Positions 1 through 12,388 of a stretch of DNA of 64,000 bases are shown one piece after another. Both the position numbers and the translations under genes were made by a program. The stretch's first letter is position 1. Each line of letters begins with the position of its first letter. The notes beneath the pieces are model-generated. The model saw only the letters and a list, made by a program, of their open reading frames with translations, was not told the DNA's origin and made no database searches. This DNA comes from the human T2T-CHM13v2.0 reference genome, Homo sapiens. The stretch lies in NCBI RefSeq assembly GCF_009914755.1, contig NC_060927.1; one strand, 5' to 3'.

Positions 1-105
1 ATGGAGGGTAGTTTACCAGCATTGTTCAGTATAAGTCAGTGATTGCAAATAACCACGATAGTCTTAAAGCAATGATTTTTACTAGGTATTAGAGTATACC
101 TCTAG

Positions 106-470
<365 letters not shown>

Positions 471-629
471 AGGGTTTTTTTTTTTTTAATGTAAAATGAT
501 TTAGGCCAGTATGGTTAACCAGCATGTACACTTAGAATTCCAAAATTCTGTTTGCACATATATTTATCTTAGCCAGTTCAAGTTATAAACATGAGCTCTA
601 TTGCTCATTTTCTTTATTGCTGCTATCTA

Positions 630-1215
630 ATGTTTTTAATTTTTTGAGATGCAATTCTCATACCATACAATCTATTTTTTAAGGGCATACAATCCATTAG
701 TTTTATTGTATTTATAGTTATGCAACCATTACCACTATCTAATTGCAGAACATTTTCATGTCTCTTTTCATACCTTGCCCAATCACAGTTACTCCCAGTC
801 CCTGGCAACCACTAAATTACTGTCTCTCTGAATTTGCCTTCCCTAAACATTTTATATAAATGGAATCATACAATATATGGCCTTTTCCAACTGGCTTCTT
901 TCACTTAGCATAATATTTTAAAGGTTCATCCATGTTGCAGCATGTATCAATACTTCATTCCTTTTTATGTCTGAATAATATTCCATTGTATGGATATGCC
1001 ACAGTTTATCCATTCATCAGTTAAAGAACATGTGAGTTATTTCTACCTTTTGGCTATTATGGACTATGCTGCTATGATCATTAGTATACAAGTTTTTGTG
1101 TGGATGTATATTTTAATTTCTCTTTGGGTATATATCTAGAAGTGGAATTGATGGGTTCTATGGTAACTCTATATTTAGTTTTTTGAAAAACTGTGAGATT
1201 GTTTTCTAAAGCAGC
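630..1215 (-). mobile_element. Old L1 3' end (L1MB/L1MC-like)
   Basis: TATGCAACCATTACCACTATCTAATT, AATGGAATCATACAATAT, GGCTTCTTTCACTTAGCATAAT, TATTCCATTGTATGGATA match L1M 3' UTR in antisense; ends approximate. Confidence 0.85.
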
Positions 1216-1514
1216 CCAATTTGCTTTTAGGTGACAAGTTCAAGTTCACAAAGAAAAGGAGTGGGCCATATTGACTTATACTTCTATAAATGAAATGTTT
1301 CAAATGCTGACAATTTGCAAGGAGAATGTCTGCATGAAAACAGTTAAAATTATTATTTTTTTGATCAGCCTCACCAGAGCTTCTGAGTATTACTGCCATG
1401 CCCATCAGAATTAAGTCTTTTGCTGATTCTTCATGATAATTGACATTTCTATTTAATCAGCTTTAAGTTGCTCTCAAACAAACAAAAAAAGCCCATTATT
1501 CATAATCAAATGCT

Positions 1515-1735
1515 CCAGAATCAGACAGATGCAAGGGCTGGCTTTACTACTTCCTAGCAGTGTCACTTTGAGGAATAATGCCTTTTCTTGAAGAAAAACT
1601 TCATTTTCCTCCTCTGTAAAGTGGGATTAACAGTATCTACCTCTAGATGTTCCTGTATTAGAATGAGGTCATGTATGCAAAACAGTTGCCTGGCATTTCC
1701 TAAGTGCTAAATAAATGTTAACTATTGTTATTATT
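1515..1735 (+). mobile_element. MIR
   Basis: Core TTTCCTCCTCTGTAAAGTGGGATTAACAGTATCTACC and tail TGCCTGGCAT...TAAGTGCTAAATAAATGTTA. Confidence 0.8.
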
Positions 1736-1883
1736 ATTACTGTTATGTCATTATTTAAATGTAATTTTTTGAAAGATAAATAATGTCTTAAAATACTCTC
1801 TGAAACTACTTAGAGACAAAGCCTATTTTAATATAGTGATCAGATTTTTCATCTAGCAAACAAAATCATTTATAATCAAAACC

Positions 1884-2174
1884 TTTTTTTTTTTTGAGAC
1901 AGAGTCTCCCTCTGTCTCCCACGCTGGAGTGCAGTGGTGCAATCTTGGCTCACTGCAGGCTCTGCCTCCTGGATTCACGCCATTCTCCTGCTTCAGCCTC
2001 CCGAGTAGCTGAGACTACAGGCACCCGCCACCATGGTTGGCTAATTTTTTGTATTTTTAGTAGAGACGGTTTCACTGTGTTAGCCAGGATGGTCTCGGTC
2101 TCCTGACCTTGTGATCCACCTGCCTTGGCCTCCCAAAGTGCTAGGATTACAGATGTAAGCCACCGCGCCCGGCC
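1884..2174 (-). mobile_element. Alu, AluY-like
   Basis: Poly-T, GGATTCACGCCATTCTCC, GTTAGCCAGGATGGTCTCG, ends CACCGCGCCCGGCC. Confidence 0.95.
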
Positions 2175-2832
2175 ACATTTTTTTTTAAGGCTAAGGAAGA
2201 ACGGGAAGTGGGTGGCTGAAAAAAATCAATTAAAAATATTTATTTGCTAGTTATTCATTTTGTCCTTGATATGTATTTAATTTAAAGCAATTTATTTTTC
2301 TTTTCTTTCTTCCCTGAAGCAAATGTAATTTGAACACAGACTAATTTTTTTTATAGCTAAAGTGAAATGTTAAACAAAATCGTCATCCCTTTTAGCACTA
2401 CCTTTAAGTTATTCTTTACGGAAGAACTGGGTAAACCCTTCACAGAATGTTTGCAAAACACCTGATGCACAATATGGTGTAAACTGTCACATTTCTCTTT
2501 AATTTTTTAATAGTGACCAAAGTGAATATTTTTCCAGTGATTGCTCCATAATATTATGCTACAAATGTGTTGTAAATAAAAGATTGATAATAAAATACAA
2601 AAAAAAATGAAATAAACAATAGAAGACAAATATGACAATAGGCAAGAATGGTTAGCAAACATTCTGATCAAACCTTTTTTGTTAGTTTAAAAGGAATGCA
2701 TCATTGCTTAGTCTTTGTTCTAAATGAGATGTCCCATTATCTGTATCTGGGGCATGAACAAGTTTTTATGGCTTGGTGGCATCAGAAGTTTAAGAGCTGG
2801 AAGGGACTTTGGTTGTAAAGGTTGGTCTAGCA

Positions 2833-3003
2833 CAGGGTTTCTCAGCCTGGGCACCATTGACAATTTTGCATTGATAATTATTTGTTGTGGGGGCTGTTCT
2901 GTGCATTGTAGGATGTAGGCTCTACCCACTAGATGTCAGTAGTGCAGGGTTCCCCCTACCTGCCTGTTTCCCCCGCCCCCACCACACACAATGAGAACCA
3001 CTG
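2833..3003 (-). mobile_element. MER20 (hAT-Charlie MITE), internally deleted
   Basis: Termini CAGGGTTTCTCAGCC ... TGAGAACCACTG; internal GGGGGCTGTTCTGTGCATTGTAGGATG and CTCTACCCACTAGATG. Confidence 0.85.
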
Positions 3004-3006
3004 ATC

Positions 3007-3250
3007 TGGGGTTTGCCAAAGTGTACACTCCATGGAGCACCACTCATGTTGGAGGGGCTGGGATACTCCAGGAAAATATTCTGTTGTCAAATAAGTTTGG
3101 GAAACCCTTATTTAGACAACAGCAAAAAATTGTCAGAGCTTTCAATGTGATATCTAAAGTGAATTGCCAAGAGGCGAACATGCAGCATGTTTCAGCTTAT
3201 TTGACAGCAGCCCGTTTTTCAAAGGCAGCTTGCAGGATGGAACATACTCC
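3007..3250 (+). mobile_element. hAT-Charlie MITE (MER103C-like)
   Basis: GTTTGCCAAAGTGT...CCATGGAGCAC and GTCAAATAAGTTTGGGAAAC, with inverted counterpart CTTATTTGAC...GGAACA. Confidence 0.6.
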
Positions 3251-3344
3251 CATTCCTGTGCTCCAACTCTCATTTTCCAGGTGAGGAAATTGAGGTCTAG
3301 GGAGGTTACATGACCAGCCAAAGGCTCTGCATTACCTAATTTCA

Positions 3345-3810
3345 TAATTGCTGTGTGAGCATGTACTGCATGCTAGCTCCTATGTTAGGCACTGGGGAGG
3401 CAATGGTGATACACAGGATAGGCAGATGGACCCAGTAACTACAACACAATGTGGTTAGTGCTAGGAGGGAGGCCCTCCAAGAGGCTGAGAGAGCATCTCA
3501 GAATGGGCACTTCATTCACATTGAGTAGATGAGCTGAGTCCATGTTGTACATGTTTTAGCTGAGACATCTGTGGAGGTAGACCAGTTTGGGAGACCAGGC
3601 AGTAGAATGCCTACAGAGGCCGATTTTGCATTTCTGTGTATAATAATTGAGGCAAGGGACTGTATGAGAGTCCTCCAGGGATGAGAAGCTTAGGGTAGAA
3701 CCTTGGGGAAATCCATGTTTAAGGGTGCACCGAGGAAGAGCAGCCCCAGATAGAGACCAAGAAGGACATAGGAGAAAGTACAGAGCCAGGCAAAGGGTGC
3801 AGTCTGATGC
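3345..3810 (-). mobile_element. L2 fragment
   Basis: Degenerate antisense L2 tail (CCTATGTTAGGCACTGGGG) and internal AGAACCTTGGGGAAATCCATGTTTAAGG...GAGGAAGAG. Confidence 0.55.
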
Positions 3811-3844
3811 TGCAGAGAGGAAGCTGCAACCTGCAGGGTTGAGG

Positions 3845-4085
3845 GCCTGGGCTCTGGAGCTGAGCTAGAGTTTGAATCCTAACTGCCTAGCTTGCAGGTT
3901 GTGTGATATTTGTCACCTGTTGTATTACTTTGCAAAGGCTCAATTTATAAAAGCAGTATAATTGTAAAGCCTACTTCATCTACTTGTTGTGAAGCCTAGC
4001 TAAAGTATGAGAAGTATGGAGTACCATGCTTGGCATATAAGAAATGCTTAGTAAATATTCGGTGATGCTATCCTTATTATTATCA
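3845..4085 (+). mobile_element. MIR
   Basis: TGGGCTCTGGAGCTGAG...GTTTGAATCCT...TGTGTGAT...ATGCTTGGCATATAAGAAATGCTTAGTAAATAT. Confidence 0.7.
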
Positions 4086-5904
4086 AATGACATGAGGACT
4101 CAGAAACATTCATGAATTTGCTTCTTGGAGGTTGTGGGTGACCTTGGCAAAAATCCATTTCAGCGGAGGGACAGATGGTTTGAGAGTGAGTGGGAAGTGA
4201 AACAGTAGAGGCTGTGAGTTTAGAAATTTTCTCAAGGTTAGTTGTGAATGGGATTGGGCAGGGGGGTGGTGGTGATTGCTGCACAAGAGACTTGGAATTT
4301 GAGTGCTGGCTTAAAAGAACGCCACAGGAGAGGCTTGAGAAGTTTAAATGCTGAGGGTAAGATGCCAGGAGAGATGAAGATGGTGATGCTAAGCAAGGAG
4401 TGAGAGACAACTAGGAAAGCAAGGAGCTTGGGAGAGGGGGGAGGAGGGAATGGGGCTCAGGGAGGAGGAAAGAAACTGCTCTGCACTAGGACTTGTCTCA
4501 GAGCCTATAGAGGCTACCAGAGTTAAGATTCGTAGGTTCCTGAAAATGAGAGTTTGGTGGACCATTTTGACCTTCTCTCCATAATGACAACATATTTTTA
4601 AATCCTGAAAGGCAAGAAAAGAGGTTTCCCAAAAAGACTTCTGGGAAGGCGGGCAGGAATCAGAGCTTCCTGGTGAAGTTATCAGACACTCTGGGAGTTG
4701 GCTTGGAATGCATACTCAACTCACTTTGCAATCATTCTTAACTTTTAGAGAAAGCCTCCCAAATCTAACTTTATTGAACAGCAGCCATTGGCTCTCTTCC
4801 TGATTTCTCTGTGCACAGATAGAACTTCCAGCATCTCCTCCTTTTCTGCTGACCGTTGATGTGCTGTTTTTCTGACCAGGAATAGCAAACTTTCCTCTTT
4901 CCCAGTCTCCTGTACTGGGCAGGAGGATTTCTCACCATCTCCAAATCTTGGAGGCCTGGGGAAGTTGAGTCCTTCTGAAACTTGAAGAAAGGAGAATGCT
5001 CTCTGTATCCTGACATAGGAACTATTTGAGTATGAAGAAGGTGCTGCATGCATACATTCAAAGGAACTAGTGAATAGCTGGCATGCATTTTGATACTGTG
5101 CTAATTGGTAGCCCTGAGGTCTTTGGGCTTTGTTTATAGACTTCTCCCAAGACCCTCCAAGTAAGGCCTGCATGTTACTTCTCACAGGCTCTCAGAGAGT
5201 CTTGGGAAGACAGAGGCCTCTCTTTTAGACATGGAGAAGTATCGTGGGAGGTGAGTTGCCCAAGGACACACAAGACTCCTGTGACTTTCAAGTTAGAGTG
5301 GTATTGTGCAGCCAGAATTCGCCTGGCATGGCTTCTGTCTCAGAACCTAGAACAGTGCTCTTCTGCAGTAAAGATTCCTAGTTTATTCCCTTTTCTCTTA
5401 GTATAAAACATTTAATGTGGGTTAGAGTATGTTTTTTATTATTTCTCCATTTAACTTGAGAAAGCAACCTCATGGGTTCATATTTTTGTTTCCCTCATTT
5501 TAAAGACAGGCGAGATTTCACGAGTAGATGAAAGAACACCCAAATTTGAGGGAGCGTTCCAAGTTCATAAATACTTGTGGCTGAGAGAAAACAATGGCCC
5601 TCCCTCAAATACTGCAGGGAAGAACCAGTATTGGGAACAGCTGTGTTTGAAAGTCTCCTAATTGTTATTTATTCTATCTGTAGATCTATAGTCCAACCAA
5701 TGTATGAATAGGACCTTTGCTGATTATATCTCTGTTTTGATCAGAACTGCTATAAATGAAAGAGTTGTAGTGTACTGTTTTCTTAAACTCCTAGGGTTTT
5801 ACCACAAATCAGAGTTGTTTCTTGTGATACAGCCTTCTTCAACCTCTGTTCGTCTCTAAGAAATTGAACCTAGAGTAGTAAACAAGTGATACTTCTGTAA
5901 ACTC

Positions 5905-6555
5905 CCTAAGGGATGACTCCTCAGTTCTGTGAACCCCATCATCCCTCCTAATCTCAAGTCACTTATTTTCTTATGCTTTGTGGAGCTCTCCTACAAGCAC
6001 CTGAACTCCAGCATGTCCCAAATGTTATTCATGATTTTCTCCTTAAGTCTGCTGCTCCTGCATGAGTTCCTATGTCCATTAATGACATTCTTTATGACAC
6101 AAGCAAGAAATCTTGGCACCATCTTTATCTCCCGTTTTGCTAACTCCCGTGTACATTTGACTACTCCATTTTCCAAGATGATATTCTAGGCATGTCAGTC
6201 TTCTATTTTTTCCTCTGTAAAGGCAGGTAGTAGGGTAGGATCCATATCTGTAACTCCAATGCCTTCTGCTTGGAAGATAATGCTTCCTGCTGGCCAGTTC
6301 CCATTCCTCAGCCCAAATACTACATCCTTGGCAAGCCATTCCTCTCTGAACCTCCTTCCCAGGAAGATGCATTCACTTCTTCCTCTGGATTGCCATTTAT
6401 TTTTTTTTTTTAACTCTAATGCTCATGAAACTTTGTGGTAAAATTTTATTTGAAGGTCTGGCTCTTCTGCTACATTCTGAGATCTTTGAGAGTAGGAACC
6501 CAGATTGTACTTAGATCCGTGTCTGGCACATATGTAAGCACAAAAGCTATTGACT
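5905..6555 (+). mobile_element. L2 fragment
   Basis: CAAGCACCTGAACTCCAGCATGTCC, CAAGCAAGAAATCTTGGCACCATCTTT, tail GTGTCTGGCACATATGTAAGCAC. Confidence 0.6.
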
Positions 6556-6854
6556 ATATTTAAGTGACTTGAATTAGAAAAAGATGTATGAAATAGAAGA
6601 GGAACAATTAAATGCTTATTTGTATTTGATCTCATTTTAGTCTTTTTCTCTTCCCATTTCATTCTCTCCTCTCCCTTAGAAAAAAAGCACGTAAATGTTC
6701 TGTTCCTATAAAAACAATTTAAATAGAGACTTTCTTTATCAGCAGACAGAATAACCTGGTTGCATTGTCAATGTTCTGTCTAAATGAAGTTTAACTAACA
6801 ACTGTTGCCTTTAAGGGATAGAAAAGAAAACCTCACAAATACTATTTATAGAGA

Positions 6855-7050
6855 ACATGCATTGGTCTTAGAGTCTGAGGGTCCAGGTTCCAGTTCGGTT
6901 GCTGCCATTTATTACGTGAATGACCCCAGGCAAGTCTCTTTTTTTAAGGTTCAGTTTTCTCCCTTGCAATGAGAATAACACCTCCCTGACAAGGTTATTT
7001 TAAGAACTTGATGAGATGTTGGATATGAAAGCATCTTGTATAGGTAAGAC
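6855..7050 (+). mobile_element. MIR
   Basis: GGTCTTAGAGTCTGAG...CCAGGTTCCAGTTC...TGACCCCAGGCAAGTC...TCAGTTTTCT. Confidence 0.7.
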
Positions 7051-7074
7051 ACTAAGTTCTGACATAGAATAAAC

Positions 7075-7410
7075 TTATGATTGCATGTTTGTATCCCTGC
7101 AAAATTCATACATTGAGATACAATCCCCAGTGTGATGATTTGAGATAATTAGGTCATGAAGGAGGAGCCCTCATGAATGGGATTAGTGCCCTTATAAGAA
7201 GAGGCCAGAGAGCTAGCTCACTGTCTTTCTGCCATGTGAAGATATAAGGAAAAGGTGGCCATCTGCAGCCTGGAGAGGGCCCTCACCAGAACCCGACCAC
7301 ACTGGCACCCTGATCTCACACTTCCAGCCTTCAGAACTGTGAGAAACAAATTTATGTTGTTTTAAGCTACCAGTCTATGGTAATTCGTTATGGCTGCCAG
7401 AATTAGGATA
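7075..7410 (+). mobile_element. ERVL-MaLR solo LTR (MSTD/MLT1A-like)
   Basis: AAAATTCATA, TTAGGTCATGAAGGAGGAGCCCTCATGAATGGGATTAGTGCCCTTATAAG, CTGGCACCCTGATCTCACACTTCCAGCCTTCAGAACTGTGAGAAA. Confidence 0.9.
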
Positions 7411-8289
7411 GCTCTTAATTTTTAGTTGAATCTGAATTTATATGTATTTCTTAGGCCTGGATTTGAAAACCATTCTGCTATGTGGTTTAGGTAGTATCAG
7501 CTGTTAGCATACGCATTGTCTCAAGGACTAACTTTTCAATATCTATCTTTATTTCAGGTTAGTAACATCCTTTGTTTGGGAATAACATGCATATTATTTC
7601 ATCTGATGTTTTCCTAAGACAATTAGATTGAATTTTTTTCTTCTCACTTAAGCATTTTGGAGTACCATTAGTCCTCTTCCATGTCTTAGATAATATTGAA
7701 TTCAGGGTGTACTTTTAAAAATCTTGGTAGTTAAATTTAGCAGTTTTGTTTGGAGGTATTTATTTTCATCTTGGTAATAAGACAAGAAGTAAGATGTTTC
7801 ATAATTACCATATTTTGTTTGGGATTTCTGCTGAATTTTCTCTCTCTCCATTGCAGTTCTCTTTTTGGAGAGGGCCTTCTCTCTACAGCCATATGCTGGT
7901 AGATAATGCACGGTAGCTGATCAGTGCTAGAAAATACAGGAGATCCAGAGCATATTACTCCCTTGAACGTATCTTTTAGCTGCAGGGAAAACAGATCTAA
8001 GGCATGAATTACAACTTATTAGTTGTAGATGGACTCTGTAGCCCAGTACTGATTAAGAAGAAACAGCCTCACTCTGTCTTGCCATGATGGCTGTTCCAAG
8101 TCAAAGGAAAAGGAGAAGTCTGTTGGAGAAGATTTTCTTTCTTTTTTCCTTCTTCTTCTTTTCTTTAGTTCATCCATTCATTTATTTTCTAATATTATGG
8201 GACACAAAAGCAGAATTTGTAGTTAGTACTCTTGGCTGTAGAAATTCGTAGTTTTGCTTTTCCTTTAAGGTTGATTCCAGCACCACTTT

Positions 8290-8540
8290 GTGAGAAGAAA
8301 CTGTCATAGTTTCACATTGCCTCTAAGAAAATGAAACGTACCTAAGTATTATTGGACAGCAGGAGTATTTTACAGTGGTTGCTGCTCAGGAAATTTGAGT
8401 GAAGGACTGCAAAAGAGGAGCAAAGCAGACCCGAGAGAGAAGGCAGCAGTGCTCCCCTGTGACGTGCTCCATCACCGGGCAGGGAAGACACCGCTGCCAC
8501 CTCTCCACAGCCTTGTTCAAGAGCACTGGAAATTGTAAGG
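8290..8540 (+). promoter_or_regulatory. Candidate internal promoter / alternative first exon
   Basis: Non-repeat, locally GC/CpG-richer block with TGACGTG (8460-8466), ending at a donor-like ATT|GTAAGG (8535). Confidence 0.3.
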
Positions 8541-9032
8541 TGTTTGTTTTGTTTCATTTTGGGAGTGGTGGAAGATTAGCCTTTGTGTTTCTCCTCTAAA
8601 GAGTTTTGTCTAAAACGCTTACGACTACTTAGTTAAACAAAAATCCAAAGTAAGCTATCATTGAAATATGAAATATACTAACAAAGCCAAACAGTAAAAG
8701 ATTATACAGGGAAAGTCCTTTCTCCCCATTTTGACTTCACCCACTCAGTTTCCCTTCCCAGTGTCCTTCCAGAGAGATATTTGACTCATGAATCAGCACA
8801 TATATTCATATGCCTGCTTTTTCATACACTGTAGCAGCATACTAGAATATTGTTCAGCATTTTTACTTCTTTTTTTTTTAACCTTACACTATTTCCTGAT
8901 GTTTTCCAAGTAAATGTTTTATTTTTTTTCTTATGGTTGTGTAGTATACATCCATTGTGTAGATGGATGTGTAAAGTACACATCCATTGTATAGATGTGT
9001 AATTTATTTAGCCAGTTTCTTGAGGAATATTT

Positions 9033-9399
<367 letters not shown>

Positions 9400-9439
9400 T
9401 CATGCAATGATAGAAGTGACCCGAGACACCTGTAAACTG

Positions 9440-10065
9440 ATGACCCACAGTTAAATCCACATAATGTGGCCAGTGCTGTGGTTTTGGGTAAGTGCAGGAT
9501 GCTGTGGACAGTGGGTGCCTAAGAGCTACATTTCACTCAAGTGCTGGAGAAGCAGGAGAGATTGACCCTAAGGAAGTTCCTGCTAAGCTGAGCCCTGGAG
9601 AATGTGAGGAACATAGGTTAGGAAAGGGTAGAATAGTGTGAGGAACTGTGTTCTAGGAGAGGGAACACCAGCATGCCCAGAGATCATCATGGCCCGTTTG
9701 AGCTTCAGAAGTGTATCTGTTGGCAGTCTGGAGAGGAGACTGGCAAGGTAATCAGGCATTGGAATCACCGTAGCTCTCCATAAGTGTCAAGGAGGTTGGA
9801 CATAAGGCTATGGGAGGCCAGTGAAGACCTTTATCAGGAGTGGGAGGTTATTTGATTTGTGTTTAAAAATCTCATCCTGCCTGCCAGGTGGAGAGTAAAC
9901 CGGAAAGGGATGGGATGCTATGTAGGAAGCTGTTGCAGTAATCCAAGTGAAAGGTGATGGTGGCCTGAACTAGGAAATGGCAGTGCAACTAGGAAGAAGT
10001 AGACACAGAAGAGCTCTTCAGACAGTGGAATCAACAGGAGTTAGCAATTTTGAGACGTGGGCATG
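9440..10065 (-). mobile_element. L2 fragment
   Basis: GCTGTTGCAGTAATCCAAGTGAAAGGTGATGGTGGCCTGAACTAGG is the antisense L2 core. Confidence 0.7.
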
Positions 10066-10129
10066 GAGGCAGAGACCCTCAGCCCTCTGGTTGTTCACTT
10101 TTAACAAAAAGATTATGTGCAATGCATTT

Positions 10130-10830
10130 AACATATTCTTGCATCTTTATGAAACCATCCTCATTATTTCTTTTGGACAAATCCTGGAAGTAGACTTGCT
10201 GAGTCAAAGGAAAGATCTTGAAATATTTCAATAATGTAGTCAAATTGCCTCCAGAAAGGCTAATACGCCAATTGTCCATTACCAATTAGGGCACTAGCTT
10301 CAGCCTCACTGAGTATTATCGCTTTGAATTGACACCAATCTGATAGGAAGAAAATACATACCTTTTCTTTATTTTAATTTGCATTTCTGTGAGTACTGGC
10401 AAAGTTGAAGTTTTTTTCATGCTTATCAACTAATTATATTTCCACAAATTACATATTCATATCTTTGCTTATTTTCCCCCTGAGGTGTTTATCTTTGTCT
10501 TTTTTATTTCTAAGAGCTCTATTACTCTTTAGTTGCTTAACCCTTTGTCTTTTCTATTTGTTGCAGGATTTCTCTCATTTATTTATGCTTTTGTTTATAT
10601 TTTGTTGATCAGAAAGTTTTTTAATGTAATAAAATATTTTGTTCATGCTTTATGCCTGTAGTTCAGTGTGAAGAAAATTCTTCCTCAACCCCAGGTTGAG
10701 GTATAAATAGTGGGATTTTTATAAATATTCACATTTATTTTCATTTTTTACCTTCGGGTCTTTAATTCATCCGGAATTTTCGGATATGTGTTGTAGGAAT
10801 CTATCTCTTTTTGATCGGAATAATAATTTT
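10130..10830 (-). mobile_element. Ancient L1ME-like fragment
   Basis: TTGCTGAGTCAAAGG, CAAATTGCCTCCAGAAAGG, TTTAATTTGCATTTCT, GGTCTTTAATTCATCCGGAATT. Confidence 0.7.
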
Positions 10831-12151
10831 TTTTTCTGAACCAAAAATCGGGACAACCTAGTCTATGTAACAAATAATTTTTATGCATTTGTGTGGCAGA
10901 AGCAGTTTTAGAGAGTAATAATATTGGAATTTCTGGGACATTTGATGTTATATATGTTGATAGATTATAGAGAGATAAGATTTAAGGACTAATACTTATA
11001 CCTGGGCAACATCAGGGAACCTGTGCCATTGCTAAAAAATAAAAAAAGAAAGAATGGCTCCCAACACCCATTCAGAATAGAATGTTTGAAATCCAGAGTG
11101 CATGAGAAAGTTCAGGATCCAGATTGTAAAATATTGCCAATGGTTTATGTAGTGCAACCTGCATTTCACTGATAGCTCATGTTATCCTTCCTATTTGAAA
11201 CACTAGTTAACATCAAAATGACTTTTCAGGTCCGTGGTGGCTCTAATCTTTGTATGTTGGTAGGTTCCTTTCTAGGCAGAACATCCAAAGACAACCCATT
11301 CTCTTGAGGCCATCAGAACAAGATCAAAGGTTGTAGAGCCTTGACCACAGTATTAAAGCAAAGCCTCAAAATGACTTAAGGAATCTTAGGAAATAAAATG
11401 CCACAGTCCTGGACATTTATCATTTGGCAGCAAGCTAAACATTTCCTAAAACTTTTACAAGTAATTTAGGTACCTAATGGAAATTTTTTGTTTTTAAATT
11501 CTGGAGTTGCCTAAATTGTTTAGGAGAAATTTAGCTGGAATCTGGCGATAGGACTGTTTATATGTGCTTGGCTCAGGGTGGCTGTGTTGTCCACATTAGC
11601 ATGACCATGGGCTCCTTATCGAAGCCCTGGTTCCCAGTAAGTGCTGTTTGCAAGAGTGAGGTGGAGTTTGGTGGCTTTCAGGCCACCCAGAGTGCCATGT
11701 GTATCTGTTTGATAAACTCTGTGGTTTGTCTGTTCTCTGTGTTTTTGCCAGATTGTTTAAAAAAAAAAGAAAGAAAGAAAAAGCAAACAAGCAGGCATCA
11801 TATGTTAAAAGTTTATCTTTCTACATGAATTTTTGGAAAATCTAAGTGTAATTTTATTCCTGAAAGAACAAAAAGTTGTTTCCCTGGGGAGATAATTTTG
11901 GGGTGCATAGATATTTTTAAGGCTGTAGATATTAACTATGAAAATAATATATAACTTTGTCAATACTTTTTTTTCAGCAGGCTAAGCCATATTTTTTCAA
12001 AAAAACGAGGCTGGAATCAACTACTCTTGGCATATCAGAGATCAGGAAAAAATGGGTATTGGAAGCCATTCTTTTTTTTCTTCATGACAGCACAGGCTTT
12101 CTGATGTTGTCCAGGTGTACGTATTAACCCTTCAATCTTATCTTTATAGTC

Positions 12152-12388
12152 CAGGATTTTTCAGCCTCAGTACTATGAACATTTTGAACTGGATAATTTT
12201 TGGCGGGGTGAGCGGGGGCTCTCGTTTGTGTTATAGGATGTTTAGTAATATCCGTGGTTTCTACCCACTAGCTGATCTCTACCCACTAAATGCCAGTAAC
12301 ACCCCCATCAGCCATGACAATAAAAAAGTGTCCCCAGCATTGCCAAATGTCCCCTCAGGAGCAGATTATCCCTGGTTGAGAACCACTG
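12152..12388 (-). mobile_element. MER20, full length, with internal duplication of TCTACCCACTA
   Basis: CAGGATTTTTCAGCCTC ... CATTGCCAAATGTCCCC ... GGTTGAGAACCACTG. Confidence 0.9.

Noticed and set aside
7857-7912. Strong polypyrimidine acceptor TTTTCTCTCTCTCCATTGCAG
   Set aside because: Only weak downstream donors (GTAGAT, GTAGCT); cannot support an exon from sequence alone.
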